Shown here in pieces: positions 37,389 through 56,741 of a DNA stretch of 64,000 nucleotides. The notes under the pieces are model-generated. The model had not been told where the DNA came from and searched no databases. It saw only the letters and a list, made by a program, of their open reading frames with translations. The translations under genes were made by a program, and so were the position numbers. The stretch comes from the human T2T-CHM13v2.0 reference genome, Homo sapiens: the NCBI RefSeq assembly GCF_009914755.1, contig NC_060943.1; one strand, 5' to 3'. The stretch's first letter is position 1, and each line of letters opens with the position of its first letter.

Positions 37389-37965
37389 ACCTCAGGAGGT
37401 CCTGATGACGTGTGTCCATGGTGTTGAGGCTGCAGTTTGGTTTCACACATTTTACAGACACACGAGACAGCAATCAGTACATATATACATTGGTCCGGTC
37501 TGGAAAGGTGGAATAACTGGAATTGGGGAACTTCTGGGTCACAGGTAGATAACAAATAACATTCTTTGAATCTTTGATCAGCCTTTCACTAAATACACAA
37601 TTTATATGTGAGCAGGGAGGAGGGATAAGTCACTTATGCCTTAGGCTGGCTCAGGGACCCTGTATTTTTACATAAATAGGGCAAGGGAAGCAATCAGATA
37701 GACATTTGACTCAGGTGTGCAGAGGGATGGGCTCTTTCCCACATCTGTGAAGATAAGCTCTCAGTTTACATCGCCAGGGTGAAATTCAACAGAACTATTT
37801 TAGGGTGGAGCTCTTGAGGTTCCCGGTTTGGGAGGGGCATATGTAGCTTTTTAAAAAATCTTTGTAACTATCTTGTTTAGGAATAAAATGGAAGGCAGGT
37901 TTGTCTGACGCAGTTCCCAGATTGACTTTTCTCTTTGGCTTAGTAATTTTTATTTTCCTTTCACA
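37389..37965 (-). mobile_element. MER4A-family LTR, truncated at its 3' end
   Basis: Begins TGTGAAAGGAAAAT on the minus strand; 'ctcaggaggtcctgatgac' and 'gcagttcccag.ttgacttttc' MER4A motifs. Confidence 0.75.
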
Positions 37966-38150
37966 AGCTTGTGACAGCCATAATGCTTTGACACACTGAT
38001 ACTGTTTTATATAGATTTTTCCACAACAGTAAAGTCCAAGGGTCTGTCATGAACCGGGTTAGAGAAGATGAGAAAATTTTCAGAAGACTCCATCTCAAAA
38101 AAACAAAACAAACAAAACAGAATTTAAAATACAGAATTAAGTCATTTGAC

Positions 38151-38402
38151 TTTTTTTAAATGAAAAGTCTCACATATTTATTACTGAACCAAGCCAACAA
38201 AGGTGTTCATAACAGATCCAGAGAAAAAAAATACATTCTCAATAAAACATGTCCAACTCTCCAGATAGTGGTGACATTTTCAGCTTGATATGGTAACGTG
38301 ACTGAATCTTCAGACAGCATGAATATGTGTGCCATCTCATATGCAATTCCTTATAGATCCAGCTTGGCTCTTCTCCAGTGTCTTCTTTGACAGTTGTACC
38401 TA
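38151..38402 (-). pseudogene. 5'-truncated RPL39 processed pseudogene
   Basis: Minus strand encodes RYNCQRRHWRRAKLDL* (RPL39 ends RYNSKRRHWRRTKLGL*), then an RPL39-like 3' UTR, AATAAA at 38177-38182 and an A7 tail. Confidence 0.85.
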
Positions 38403-38409
38403 TAAAACT

Positions 38410-39420
38410 TATGTGGATGGTCTGCCTGCCACTCTGTGCATCACTTTCTTTTTTTTTTTTTTTTTTTTTTTTTGAGATGGAGTCTCGCTCTGTCACCCAG
38501 GCTGGAGTGCAGTAGCATGATCTCTGCTCATGGCAAGCTCCACCTCCTCGGTTCATGCCATTCTCCTGCCTCAGCCTCCTGAGTAGCTGGGACTACAGGC
38601 GCCCACAACCACGCCTGGCTAATTTTTTGTATTTTTAGTAGAGATGGGGTTTCACCGTGTTAGCCAGGATTTTCTCGATCTCCTGACCTCGTGATGCTCT
38701 TGCCTCGGCCTCCCAAAGTGCTGGGATTACAGGTGTGAGCCACCACACCTGTCCTGTGCATCACTTTCAACATCATCTTGTCCCAACTTAAAATAAGTTT
38801 TCCATTTACAAACTGGTGATTTATTTTGGGAATCGTCCCCATAACCTTTTCATAAAGCATCAATGATTTCATTGTCCCTCTACCCAAACTTTACCAGATT
38901 CATTTTTCGATACACTATCTGTCTCTGTCACCCATGCTGGAGTACAATGGCATGATCATGGCTCCCTGCAGCCTCGAACTCCTAGGCTCAAGCCATCCTC
39001 CCACTGCAGACTCCACAGAAGCTGAACCAGCAGACATGTGCCACAATGCCCAGCTAATTTATGTATTTTTTGTAGAGAAGGTGGTTTCACCATTCTGCCC
39101 AGGCTGGTCTTGAGTACCGGGGCCCACGTGACCCAACTGTCTCAGCCTCTGAAAATTATGGGATTACAGGCCTGAGCCACAGCATCTGGTCTCATCGCAA
39201 ATTTGATGTTTCTTCTTGTTTCAGTTTTAGCAGAATTTACATTGCCTTGATTGAGTCTCTTTTCAAACTCATGTCTTACCCATCTGAGTGCCTCAAACCA
39301 AACCCTGTTCAGACATGTTATAACGGATTTGTACCAGTTTATCTTGGTGCAAAAAATGTGATATCATGCACAATTTTCTCATAATATGTATTTTTCCATG
39401 AACTTCCTGAAGACCCCTTG
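38410..39420 (-). mobile_element. HSMAR2 mariner 5' fragment interrupted by two Alus
   Basis: TA + CAAGGGGTCTTC terminal repeat at 39420; degenerate transposase N-terminus (…NEIIDAL.KVMG…DDVE.DAQSGR). Confidence 0.8.
38449..38753 (-). mobile_element. AluY-like element inserted in HSMAR2
   Basis: 15-bp TSD ctgtgcatcactttc at 38434-38448 and 38754-38768; long T tract. Confidence 0.9.
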
Positions 39421-39429
39421 TACTAGCGA

Positions 39430-40270
39430 ACTGTATTCAAGAGGTTATAAAAAGGATTGTTGATATGCAAGTGCCACTTATTTCTGGGATGCAAAATGGT
39501 TCAACATAGTCAAGCAAATCAATGTGATATACCACTTGAACATAATGAAAGATGAAAACCACATCATCTCAATACATGGAGAAAAAGCATTTCACAAAAT
39601 TCAACATCCAGTCATCATGGAAATCCTAAACAAAATAGAAAGAGAAGGAAATTTACCTCAACAATACAAAGACCATCCATGAAATGACCACAGCAGAAAT
39701 AACCAGTCAGGGAAAATGGAATGCTTTTCCTGTAGGATCTCACATGATGCAAGAATGCTCTCACCCCTTCTATTCAATCAATACTGGCTGTCCTAGCTAG
39801 AGCAATGAAATAGCAAAAGAAATCAAACTCATCCAAATCAGAAAGAAAGAAGTAAAACTATTTCTTTGTAGATGACATGATCTTCTGTGTAGAAAATCAC
39901 AAAGAGTCAACCAAAATGCAACTGGAACTAAAAAACATATGCAGTGGATTTGAAGAATAGAATAACAGCACCAAAAATTAGTTGAATTTCCATACATTAA
40001 CAATAAACAATTTAAAAAGAAAATTAAAAAAACACTTTCATTTGCTAAAGAACTTAAAGTAAGAAATACTTAGGAATAAATGAAAAAAGTTGAGAAGTTT
40101 CTACCTTCAAATCTACAAACATTGATCAAAGTGATAAAAACATGTGCAAATAAGAGATACAAGCCATATTGAATGGAATAATATTGCTAAATGATTATAA
40201 CTGAATGTGATGTAGATTCAACACAATACCCAGAGAAATTTCTATAACTTTTTGTTAAAGAAACAAAAAA
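39430..40270 (+). mobile_element. L1 ORF2 (RT) fragment in the ZNF320 3' UTR
   Basis: 'ctgggatgcaaaatggttcaacata', 'gaaaaagcattt..caaaattcaacatc' and 'gtagatgacatgatc' L1 RT segments. Confidence 0.85.
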
Positions 40271-40801
40271 CAGGCCAGGTGTGGTGGCTCACGCCTGTAA
40301 TCTCAGCACTTTGGCAGGTGGAGGCAGGTGGATTTTAAGGACAGAAGATCGAGACCATCCTAGCTAACACGGTGAAACCCAGTCTCTACTAAAAATACAA
40401 AAAATTACCCGGGCATGGTGGCACGCACCTGTAGTCCCAGCTACTCAGGAGACTGAGGCAGGAGAATTGCATGAACCTGGGAGGTGAATGTTGCAGTGAA
40501 CCGAGATCACATCACTGCACTCCAACGTGGGCGACAGAGCAAGATTCCATCTTAAAAATAAATAAATAAATAAAAGAACATACAGGCTGGGAAAAGTGGC
40601 TCCCGTCTGTTGGCCAGGCTGGTCTCAAATTCATGACCTCAAGTGACCTACCTGTCTTGGCCTCTCAAAGTGCTGGGATTACAGGTGTGAGACACCACGC
40701 CTGGCCCAATCCTCTTAACATAAACAGTTTAATGTCGATTAATGCTTGAAATCAATGTTAAGTCAACTCAAACTCAGGTCAATGCTGATTTGACTCTGAT
40801 G

Positions 40802-42220
<1,419 letters not shown>

Positions 42221-42648
42221 TTAAGTACAGATGGTATAAAACACTGAAATGTATAAATATCACACACACACAAAAATACTTATTTTAAACTTCCCAAACA
42301 TGAGCTTCAAAGTTTAGGAACACAAAACAAGTAAGATTCTTTAATAAATAAAGGCCAATTACATGTACTTCAAATCATTTTTACAGAAGCCTATTTCCAA
42401 TATCATGACAAAACACTGACAGGGCACAAACACACATAAGCCTAAAGTAAGGAGTATTTTTCCACTTTAATCCTAAGGGGTATCACACAGTGCAAAAAAT
42501 ATATCACTGTCACATCAAAGAAGAGAAAAATATGTATTCTTCACATATACAGTATATTTAGTATACAGAAATAAATGTTAAAAAACCAGACAATGTACTA
42601 TATTGGTAAATAATCCACAACAAGCTCTTGTAAGGATAATCAAAATCA

Positions 42649-42936
<288 letters not shown>

Positions 42937-43232
42937 TTAGGAGTTTGACCAACCTGGCCAACATGGCGAAGCCCTGTCTCTGCTAAAAATAGAAAATGTA
43001 GCCGGGCATGGTCATGGGCAGCTGTAATCCCAGCTAGCTGAAAGGATGAGGCAGGAAAATCACTTGAACTCGGGAGGCAAAGATTGTGGTGAGCTGAGAT
43101 CACACCATTGCACTCCACCTTGGGTGACAGAGTGAGACTCCGTCTCAAAAAAAAAAGAAAATGTTAATAGCATATTTTTCTGAATAACTGTTACAAAATT
43201 ACCTATATCCATGTGGAACAGGCATGTTGTAA

Positions 43233-43460
<228 letters not shown>

Positions 43461-44332
43461 TAGTCTCGAACTCCTGTGAACTCCTGTGATCTCGAACTCT
43501 GGTGATCCACACTTCTCGGCCTCCCAAAGTCCTGGGATTACAGGCATGAGCCACTGTGCCCAGCGGCAGTTTGTGACATTAACGAAGGGAGTGTGTCAGT
43601 TATATTGAATACCACATACCAAAAACTCATAAAAGGAAGAAAATAATAAGTCAATTTATACTGCCTGCAGAATTCTAAACAATTCCCTCTTAAGAAAAAG
43701 GCCATAACTTGTAGTTACCACCCGTACACAACATAAGAACTGAAATACATGTTAAAATCACTACCTTCTGAAGTATGAGGTGAAGAAAATACACAGAATT
43801 ATAAGGAATAAGAATTGACTAATGGCCGGCCACGGTGGCACATACCTGTAATCCCAGCATTTTGGTAGGCTGAGTCGGGTGGATCATGAGGTCAGGAGTT
43901 TGAGACCAGCCTGGAACAAATGGTAAAACCCCATCTCTATTAAAAATACAAAAAAAATTAGCTGGACGTGGTGGCAGGTGCATGTAATCCCAGCTACTTG
44001 GGAATCTGAGGCAGGAATCATTTGAACCCAGGAGGCGGAGGTTGCAGTGAGCCAAGATAGTGCCACTGCACTCTAGCCTGGGCAACAAGATGAGATTCCA
44101 TCTCAAAAAAAATAAAATAAGATAAATAACTACTTCTCATATAAGCTTTGGTAGATGTGGTATTCTCTAATAGGATGTTCCTGCAGATGCAGACTTTGAG
44201 AGAATTTAGTCATGGGTGTTGACTCCTCATGAATAGGACTAGTGCATTTATAGAGACATTAAAGAGCTCATTGCCTGTTCCTCTTTCTACCATATTGGGA
44301 CATGGCAGGAAGATGGCTGGGCTAAACCGTGA

Positions 44333-44836
<504 letters not shown>

Positions 44837-45073
44837 TAGTACATTCCAGGTTTCACCATGTTGGCCAGACTGTTTTCAAACTCCTGACCTCAAGCAATCT
44901 ACCCACCTTGGTCTTTGAAAGTGCTAGGATTAGAGGCATGAGCCACCGTGGCCAGTCAGTCTAAGCTATTTCTAACAGTGAAATGACAGAGAAAGGAACA
45001 GGAGCATCTCATCATCAACATCACCACAGGCTGACAAATCTTATTAAACAAAGGATGTTTAGGGTCTCTACTA

Positions 45074-45619
<546 letters not shown>

Positions 45620-45758
45620 CTACCAAAAATACAAAATTAGGCCAGGCGTGGTGGCTCATGCCTGTAATCCCAGCACTTTGGGAGGCTGAGGTGGGTGGAT
45701 CACAAGGTCAGGAGATCAAGACCATCCTGGCTAACACAGTGAAACCCCGTCTGAACTA

Positions 45759-46055
<297 letters not shown>

Positions 46056-46130
46056 TCAAGATTGCAGCACTGCACTTCAGCCTGGGTGACAAGAGCAAAA
46101 CTCTGTCTCATAAATACATAAATTAATTAA

Positions 46131-46454
<324 letters not shown>

Positions 46455-47134
46455 TGAGCCTCCTGAGTAGCTGGGATTACAGCTGCCCACCACTGTGCCT
46501 GGCTAATTTTTGTAAATTTAGTACAGATGAAGTTTCATCATGCTACCCAGGCTGGTTCTGAACTCCTGACCTCAGGCGATCTGCCCACCTCGGCATCCCA
46601 GTGCTGGAATAACAGGTGTCAGCCACTGCACCTGGCCAGGTTATGGAAATTTTAAGCTTCATTATTGTGCTATAAGTTTAAGATGTTTAACATACCTGCA
46701 ACAATAACCTCTCCCCATATATCAATACAACGCACTTCACTTCTGCGTACTGAACGGAATGGACACTAATGTGGTTGTTATATTCACACTGGAATCATGT
46801 TTAAACCACTTATGTTTACTAAGAACTAAAAGACAAAACTATTTAAAAGAATAACCATGGTTGGGCATGGCAGCTCGCGCCTGTAATCCCAGCATTTTGG
46901 GAAGCCGAAGCAGGTGAATCACTTGAGATAAGGAGTTTGAGACCAGCCTGAACAACATGGTGAAACCCCATCTCTACTAAAAACACAAAGTGAGCTGGGC
47001 ATGGTGGTGAGCGCCTGCAGTCCCAGCCTCCAAGAAAGGTGGGGCACAAGAATCCTTTGAGCCTGAAAGGCAGAGGCTGCAGTTAGCCAAGATCGTTCCA
47101 CTGCACTGTAGCCTGGATGAAAGAGTGAAACTAT

Positions 47135-47262
47135 CAAAAGAAAAAGAAAGAAAAGAAGAAAGAAAGAAAGAAAAGAAAGAAAGAAGGAAGGAAGGAAGGA
47201 AGGAAGGAAGGAAGGAAGGAAGGAAAAGAAAAGAAAAGAAAACAAAAGAAAAGAAGTAAATA
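47135..47262 (+). repeat. Polypurine microsatellite (GAAA)n/(GGAA)10 from an Alu tail
   Basis: Ten perfect GGAA units at 47186-47225 within a ~125-bp A/G-rich tract. Confidence 0.95.
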
Positions 47263-48249
47263 AGGAAAGAGCAGAGGGATAAGTGAGGGCAAAGAAAGAT
47301 GTCCCTTCAGAGATCTCAGGATTGAAACTTTTCTTTTGCCACAGAATTCTCCCACTTGCAGAGAGTTTCCCCACACACTATTTGAAGGTGGAGCTTCCAC
47401 TCTGCCCATCTGAGCTCTTACCTGCGTTTACACCTGTAATACATTCCCACCCATCTGGAGTTTTTTGTTATTTTCACTTAACTCTCCACAGTCCAGGGCT
47501 CTTTCCCTTGCTCCAACATGGAGATAACAGGTCAGAAAGAGACTCGTGCTTATAAAAAGAAAGGACCATGATGTGCTGGAGCTTTTCTAGAGTCCCAGCC
47601 CTATATTTCTGTAGGAAAGAAGACATTACAGGTGGATCTAGGAAAATATTTCACAAATTCCTCCACTGACTGCCTCATTCTGAATGCTGTTGGAGCACTG
47701 TAATATGTAATATGTGGACATCGGGCTATCTTCCAAGAACTAATGAGTTGAAAGCACAGGAGAAGCAAACAGGGAACTGGATATGTTTAAAGTCTACCAT
47801 AAGGTTTTGTTTTTGTTTTTTGAGACAGTCTTGCTCTGTCCTCTGGGCTGGAGTGCAGCGGTGTGTTCTCGGCTCACTGCAACCTTGGCCTCCTGGGTTC
47901 AAGCAATTCTCTCTCCTCAGCCTTTCTAGGAGCTGGGATTGCAGGTGTGCACCATGACGTCCGGCTAATTTTTGTATTTTTAGTAGAGACAGGGTTTCAC
48001 CATGTTGGCCAGGCTGGTCTCAAACTCCTGACCTGAAGTGATCCACACACCTCAGTCTCCCAAGGTTCTGGGATGACAGGCATGAACCACCATGCCCAGC
48101 TTGCCATAAGGTTTTATGCCTACTTTAGTTCTGGAACCCACATTGAGGTATCATGAAGAACGCAGAACATCTAAACAAAGGGGACAGTGAAAGTCCAGAT
48201 GCTACATCATGAAGCTTTTCATTTCAAAATCAATACAGCTTCCATTTTA

Positions 48250-48486
<237 letters not shown>

Positions 48487-48812
48487 TTAACCAAATGGTT
48501 ATGGGAGGAGATCTTATCTTTACAGAAAATGAGAAGAGGAGAGGGGAAAGCATGGATTTAATTGTAGTGAATGTTCTGACAAATCCGAGTAAGGGATTCT
48601 TCACCACATGATGTCTTCCCAGCCGTGTTTGATTACACTTTTGGAGGAGGCCATAACATTCTCTCAGTATGAATTTCTTATGCTTGTAAACAATACAAGA
48701 AAGAAATAAAAAATCAATGCAGAGCTCCTGTTACAGAGATGCTTGAAACTTTTATGGACACACCAAGTGACATTCGGTATCTCGATGCTACACAGCATGA
48801 GTGACGTCTTCA

Positions 48813-49001
<189 letters not shown>

Positions 49002-49425
49002 TTAGCCGGGCGTGGTGGCAGGAACCTGTGGTCCCAACTACTTGGAAGGCTGAGGTGGGAGGATGGCTCGACCCTGAGGGTGGAGGTTTCAGTGAGCTAC
49101 AATCACACCAGGGCGCTCCAGCCTGGGCAACAAAGCGAGACCCCGTCTCAAAATAAAATAAAATACATGAAAGTAAAATTACACAAAGCACAAAAATCCA
49201 TTTTGTAAATGTTCACAAAATAATAAAACCTACACAGACTGAAAAAAAACTAGATGTTAATACAAAGGGTTGTCATTTGTCCCAGATTTTCAAAATATAA
49301 AAGATTTTCAAAATATATACGTGTGTGTACATATGTATGTATGTATAAATGTGTGTGTATGTGTGTGGGGATGTGTATGCATATACATATATAGGTTTTA
49401 CAAATATAAAAAGTAGCAAGTTTTG

Positions 49426-49753
<328 letters not shown>

Positions 49754-50760
49754 TCATCTTGCTGGAAAAGGATACTTTGGCAGCTGCTGGTGGGTGGAAT
49801 CTCATCAGATCTAGGGAAACAGGAAATGCCCCATCCTAGATGAATCAATTACCCTTTTAACTGCCTGGCCTGGAGGACAGAGAATGGCTTGAATTCGGGA
49901 GGCAGAGGGTGCAGTAAGCCAAGATCATGCCACTGTACTCCAGCGTGGGTGACAGAGCAAGACTCCATTTCAGAAAAAATAATAATAATAGTTATAGGTG
50001 GAATAAGAATATGGCTTTATCCTCTAGGATAAAAAAGAAGTACCGCTGCCATATTTGAGAAAAATTGTAACCAGTTTTACCACAAACACCTGTTTCACAA
50101 GCCTCTCCACAGGAACCCCACAGTCTCCATGAGCGTAATGTGCTAAGAATGGTCTAACGAATCTCCTGCTATTATTTAGGTTGATTTCCTATTCTTAAAA
50201 TAATGATAGGATCATTCTTGTATCATTCATATCTATGTATGAAGTTTCCATTCTAATTAGTAAGATTTTTTGAGTCAGAAACACAGTAAGTCACTCAATT
50301 ACCTAAAAATGTACTATAATGTCAGGCAGAAAAGATTTCCTATTATTGGTCTCTCTTTCTAGAATTTACCATGCACTTTGTGCACATTAATATGTGACTT
50401 CCATTGGCAGCTGCTCTAATCCTGGTCCACGGAGAGCTGACAGAGCATCCAGATGTGGCCCCTGAACAATCCCTGCTACCCAACAGCACTGACACCATGG
50501 GACCCTCACCCCGTCTCCATCCATGTCTGGGTGTGAGTCCTTCCCAGGACCATGCCCAGTGCAGCCTCTTCCCAACTTCATGTCACTTGGTCACAGGAGA
50601 TAAAATCTAAGTGAGATAAGAGGGACTGAGGGAAGGCATGGGTGATTGTGAGCAAACCTGTCAGGCAGGATGCTTCAGACTAAGAGAAGATTCCCAACTC
50701 CAGGCGCCAGCATTTCTGAAAGGAAGGAGACAGAACAATCCACCGAGAATATCATCTCAC

Positions 50761-50775
50761 CTGAGAAAGAGCCAT
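50761..50775 (-). CDS. ZNF320: ZNF320 start-codon exon, coding part MALSQ (whole exon 50761-50848)
   Basis: ATGGCTCTTTCTCAG|gtgaga; acatttag| acceptor; 88-nt exon as in ZNF468. Confidence 0.92.
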
Positions 50776-51315
50776 CCCCGACTCCTTTGCTTTCCTCTTC
50801 CTCTTCTGGGTTTCTTCCTCAGGTACCAAGAGTCTTTAGAAGTCAATCCTAAATGTTAGAAATATGTTGTTTATCACTGAGAATCAACACACCCCCTCCC
50901 CATAACACAATGACACATACAAAGGAGGCCTCACCCTGGGAAATATGGTCCCCTCTGCTGCCCACTGCCCCAGGGATGATAAACTCCTACAGGAAAACTC
51001 CCACTACCCTACTGGAGGAGTCCACACACACGCTGCAGCAGTGGGGAGCTGGGCTGGGATGAGCTCCCCTTCAGGGCACAGACTCAGACCTAACCAAACC
51101 CCACACAGAGGCTGGGTGTGGTGGCTCATGCCTGTCACCCCAGCACTCTAGGAGGCCGAGGTGGGTAGATCGCTTGAGCTCAGGAGTTTGTGACTAGCCT
51201 AGGCAACATGGTGAAACCCCATCTCTACAAAAATACAAAAAGTTAGGAAGGTATGGTGGTGCACTTCTGTGTGTCTGTGGTCCCAGCTACTTAGGGAGCT
51301 GAGATGAGAGGATCA

Positions 51316-52144
<829 letters not shown>

Positions 52145-52975
52145 TTAGGGCAAGCTCCCAGGAGGAGGCTGGACACTGGCAGGGGCCCTGGACACAGGGC
52201 TGTGGAGCCACACTGATGAGTTGGGCTTTTGTCCTGGGGAACACGGGAAGCTGGTGGAGGGTTCCCTGCCAGGGACTGATGTGACCTGCTTTACATTTAG
52301 CTGTGATATCCTCAGAGTGGGGACATATTCACCGAGTTACCCTGAGAAGGTCTGAGATGAGTGAGAAGGTGTGTCTGAATTCTTACATGGGGGCCCAGAA
52401 GGGCTAATGGAAAGGGTTGGTCTTATCACCTCTCTTTGAAAATTAGAGAAGCATCTTTCACATACCTGGGCTAAAGAAACTTCTTTTGCAACGTTCTGAT
52501 GCTATTGACTTTCAACATTTAATTCTTCTTACAAGAAAATTATAGTAACATATATAAAATGCAGAAGTGTAAACACACAGCTACTGACCTTGAAAACAGG
52601 GAGGCCAGGCAGGGTGGCTGAGGCCTGTAATCACAGCACTTTGGGAGGCCAAGGCAGGCAGATCACCTGAGGTCAGGAGTTCGAGACCAGCCTGAGCAAT
52701 ATGGAGAAACCCCCGTCTCTACTAAAAATACAAAAATTATCTAGGCATGGTGGCTCATGGTTGTAATCCCAGCTACTCAGGAAGGTTGAGGCAGGAGAAT
52801 CACTTGAACCCGGAGGCGGAGGTTGCGGTGAGCTGAGATTGCACCATTGCACTCCAGCCTGGGCAACAAGAGTGAAACTGTGTCTCAAAAAAACAAACAA
52901 ACGAACAAACAAAAAAAGAAAATAGGGAAAGAGGGTCAGCTGTAGAACTACTATATAAGCAAATGTTTTCAATCA

Positions 52976-53149
<174 letters not shown>

Positions 53150-55176
53150 TTAATCTCTTGCTGCTCCTTCTCCCCAATCTTTAGATCATCCTCAATCTCT
53201 ATAGATTTCCACCTCTTCTCCCATCTCTGTGCATCCTCTGCTCTCCCTGTTAAATTCTCTCTTCCCTGTTATACCTCCCTGGCCCCACTCTCTGGCACCC
53301 TAGATCCCCAGGTGTCCTCCCTGCTGTGCTTCTCCCTCTGTTCTCCTTGCCACCAACACCACTCTGCTCTGTCTGCCCTGGCTCCAAATCCCTCCTCCTC
53401 TCCCTCACTCTGATGAGACTCCCTCTTTGCTGTCCCTCTCCCTACCTTGCTCTCTGTCCTTCATCTCTCTGTACATCTAGCTTTTCTCTACATTTCTCCA
53501 GTTGCTTTTCTCCTCCTGCTTTCTTATTTTTTTTTTCACTTTTGCTGTCTCTTGGCAAATCCCTCACCCATCTTCTACTTTGCCATCTGTTATGGGCCTT
53601 TCTCATTCTTCTTTTCTCTGTCTCAGGTTTTTTACTGCTCTCTCTCTGTCTCCTGATCCCTTTGGCCCACACAATCACAGGAGGGTTTGGACACCTTCAT
53701 GTCAGAGGAGCCCATTTTCCAGGGGCTGGCACTGGGCAGGGAAGAACACCTTGTGCCACCATATAGGCCCCAGGCACCTCCCCAATGCGGGCCTGGGCAA
53801 CAGAGCAAGACTTTCTCAAAATAATAATAATAACAATAATAATTATGTATATATATTGCAAATGCTGTGTTTTCTACGTAAACCATGGGCTTGGCCACAC
53901 GCATTACCTCATGCCTGTAATCCCAGCACTTTGGGAGGGTGAGGCGGTGGATCATGAGATCAAGAGGTTGAGACAATTTTGGCCAGCGTGGTGAAACCCG
54001 CTCTCTACTACAAGTACAAAATTAGCTGGGCTTCTCGGCACGCCCCTGTTGTCCCAGCTACTTGGGAGACTGAGGCAAAAGAATCACTTGAACTCGGGAG
54101 TCAGAAGTTGCAGTGAGCTGAGATGGCACCAGTGCACTCCAGCCTGTCGACAAAGTGAGACTCTGTCTCAAAAAAAAATCATGGGCTTATCCATTAATGC
54201 ACTTCTGCACATACTTCAAATTACATCCACACACACTTAAATTAACTTGCGTTCAGAAGGTATAAGCAAAAACCTGGAGAGGACACAACCAAAGCTACTC
54301 ACCAGGCTGAGGTGGGAGAATTGCTTGAGCCCGGAAAGCAGAGGTTGAAGTGAATCAAGATCGCACAACTGCCCTCCAGCCTGGGGGACACAGCGAAACT
54401 CCATCACCTCCACCCCCCAAAAAGTTGGAAGCTCACTGAATTAAGATACAACTTCAAGAAATCATAAAAGCAATGCATGAAGAACATGAGAAGGACAACC
54501 AACATACAGAAATTATGATGAACTACACAGAAACTCTCGGGATAAAAATACAGTAACTAAATGGAAAAACTCAATACATGGGTTCAAAATCAGAATTCAT
54601 TATGTAAATTAAAAACGAGTGAAGAGGGGTCAGGCAAGGTGGCTCACACCTGTAATCCCAGGACTCTGGGAGGCCGAGGTGGGTGGATCACTTGAGGTCG
54701 AGTTCAGAGAACAGTCTGGCCAATATGGTGAAACCTTGTCTCTACTAAAAATACAAAGATTAGCTGGGTGTGGTGGCTGGCTCCTGTAGGCCCAGGTACT
54801 CTGGAGGCTGAGTCAAGAGAAGCACTTGAACATGGAAGGCAGAGGTTGCAGTGAGCCGGATTGCCCCACTGTACTCCAGCCTGGGTGACAGAGCAAGACT
54901 GTCTCAAAAAAAACAAAAAACAAAAAACAAAGAAAGAAAATTCCAGGACTATCTTTTATACACCTGAGCAAAAGGAATGTCTCTCTCCATGTCTAAGGTT
55001 CTGATGGCATGAATCCTAAACATGTAATTATTTTCCCAGAAATATGACAGTAATACGTTCAAAATAAACACAAGTGTGAACACATAGCTATAGGTGTTTA
55101 AAACACTGAAAGAGGCCAGGCGCGGTGGCTCACGCCTGTAATCCTAGCACTTTGGGAGGCCGAGGCAGGTGGATCA

Positions 55177-55491
<315 letters not shown>

Positions 55492-55986
55492 TCATGAACA
55501 CATGGGCTCTGCTGGAACAAGGTTCCAAAACAATCCAGCCCATCGTTCAACATCTGCAAGGAATATTATGAACCAGAGGAACTTGAGGGAGACATTTACT
55601 TAGAAGCTCACAGCTCACCATTTTATCAGATGACATAAGGAAAGAAAATAGAATAGGCTACTTGAACCAAATTTTGATGTTAGCGTAAAGAAGAAAGGTC
55701 CTGGGGCCGGGCGTGGTGGCTCACACCTTAAATCCCAGCACTTTGGGAGGCCGAGGTGGGTGGATCACCTGAGGTTGGGAGTTTGAGACCAGCCTGACAA
55801 ACATGGAGAAACCCCATCTCCACTAGAAATACAAAATTAGCTTGGCGCAGTGGCACATGCCTGTAATCCCGGCTACTGGGGAGGCTGAGGCAGGAGATCA
55901 CTTGAACCCAGGAGGCGGAGGTTGTGGTGAGCCAAGATCGCGCCATTGCACTCCAGCCTGGGCAATAAGAGCAAAACTCCATCTCA

Positions 55987-56292
<306 letters not shown>

Positions 56293-56609
56293 TCACACTC
56301 CAGCCTGGGGGTAGAAGGGAGACTTTGTCTCAAAAAAAAGTAAGAAAGAAAAAAAGAAACAACCTAAAATCATTTATCAGGTACTAGTAAATGCTTCCAA
56401 TATATGATACAGACTAGAAAGCATGCAGTCTTCTATGTAAACTGAACACAACAAATTTCATAGAGAAACTTTTAAAATGGTTAAAAATATATACATCTAA
56501 AAATGTATATATCTAATAAAATGTAGGGTCAAAGAAGAAAATTTTGAACTCATATCATAGTTGGAAAACAATGATGTGAGCTCATAAGATTCTACCAAAG
56601 CTTATTTGA

Positions 56610-56741
<132 letters not shown>

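Noticed and set aside
38410-39420. Domesticated mariner fusion (SETMAR-like)
   Set aside because: Only a degenerate 5' fragment, split by two Alus and lying beyond the ZNF320 stop.
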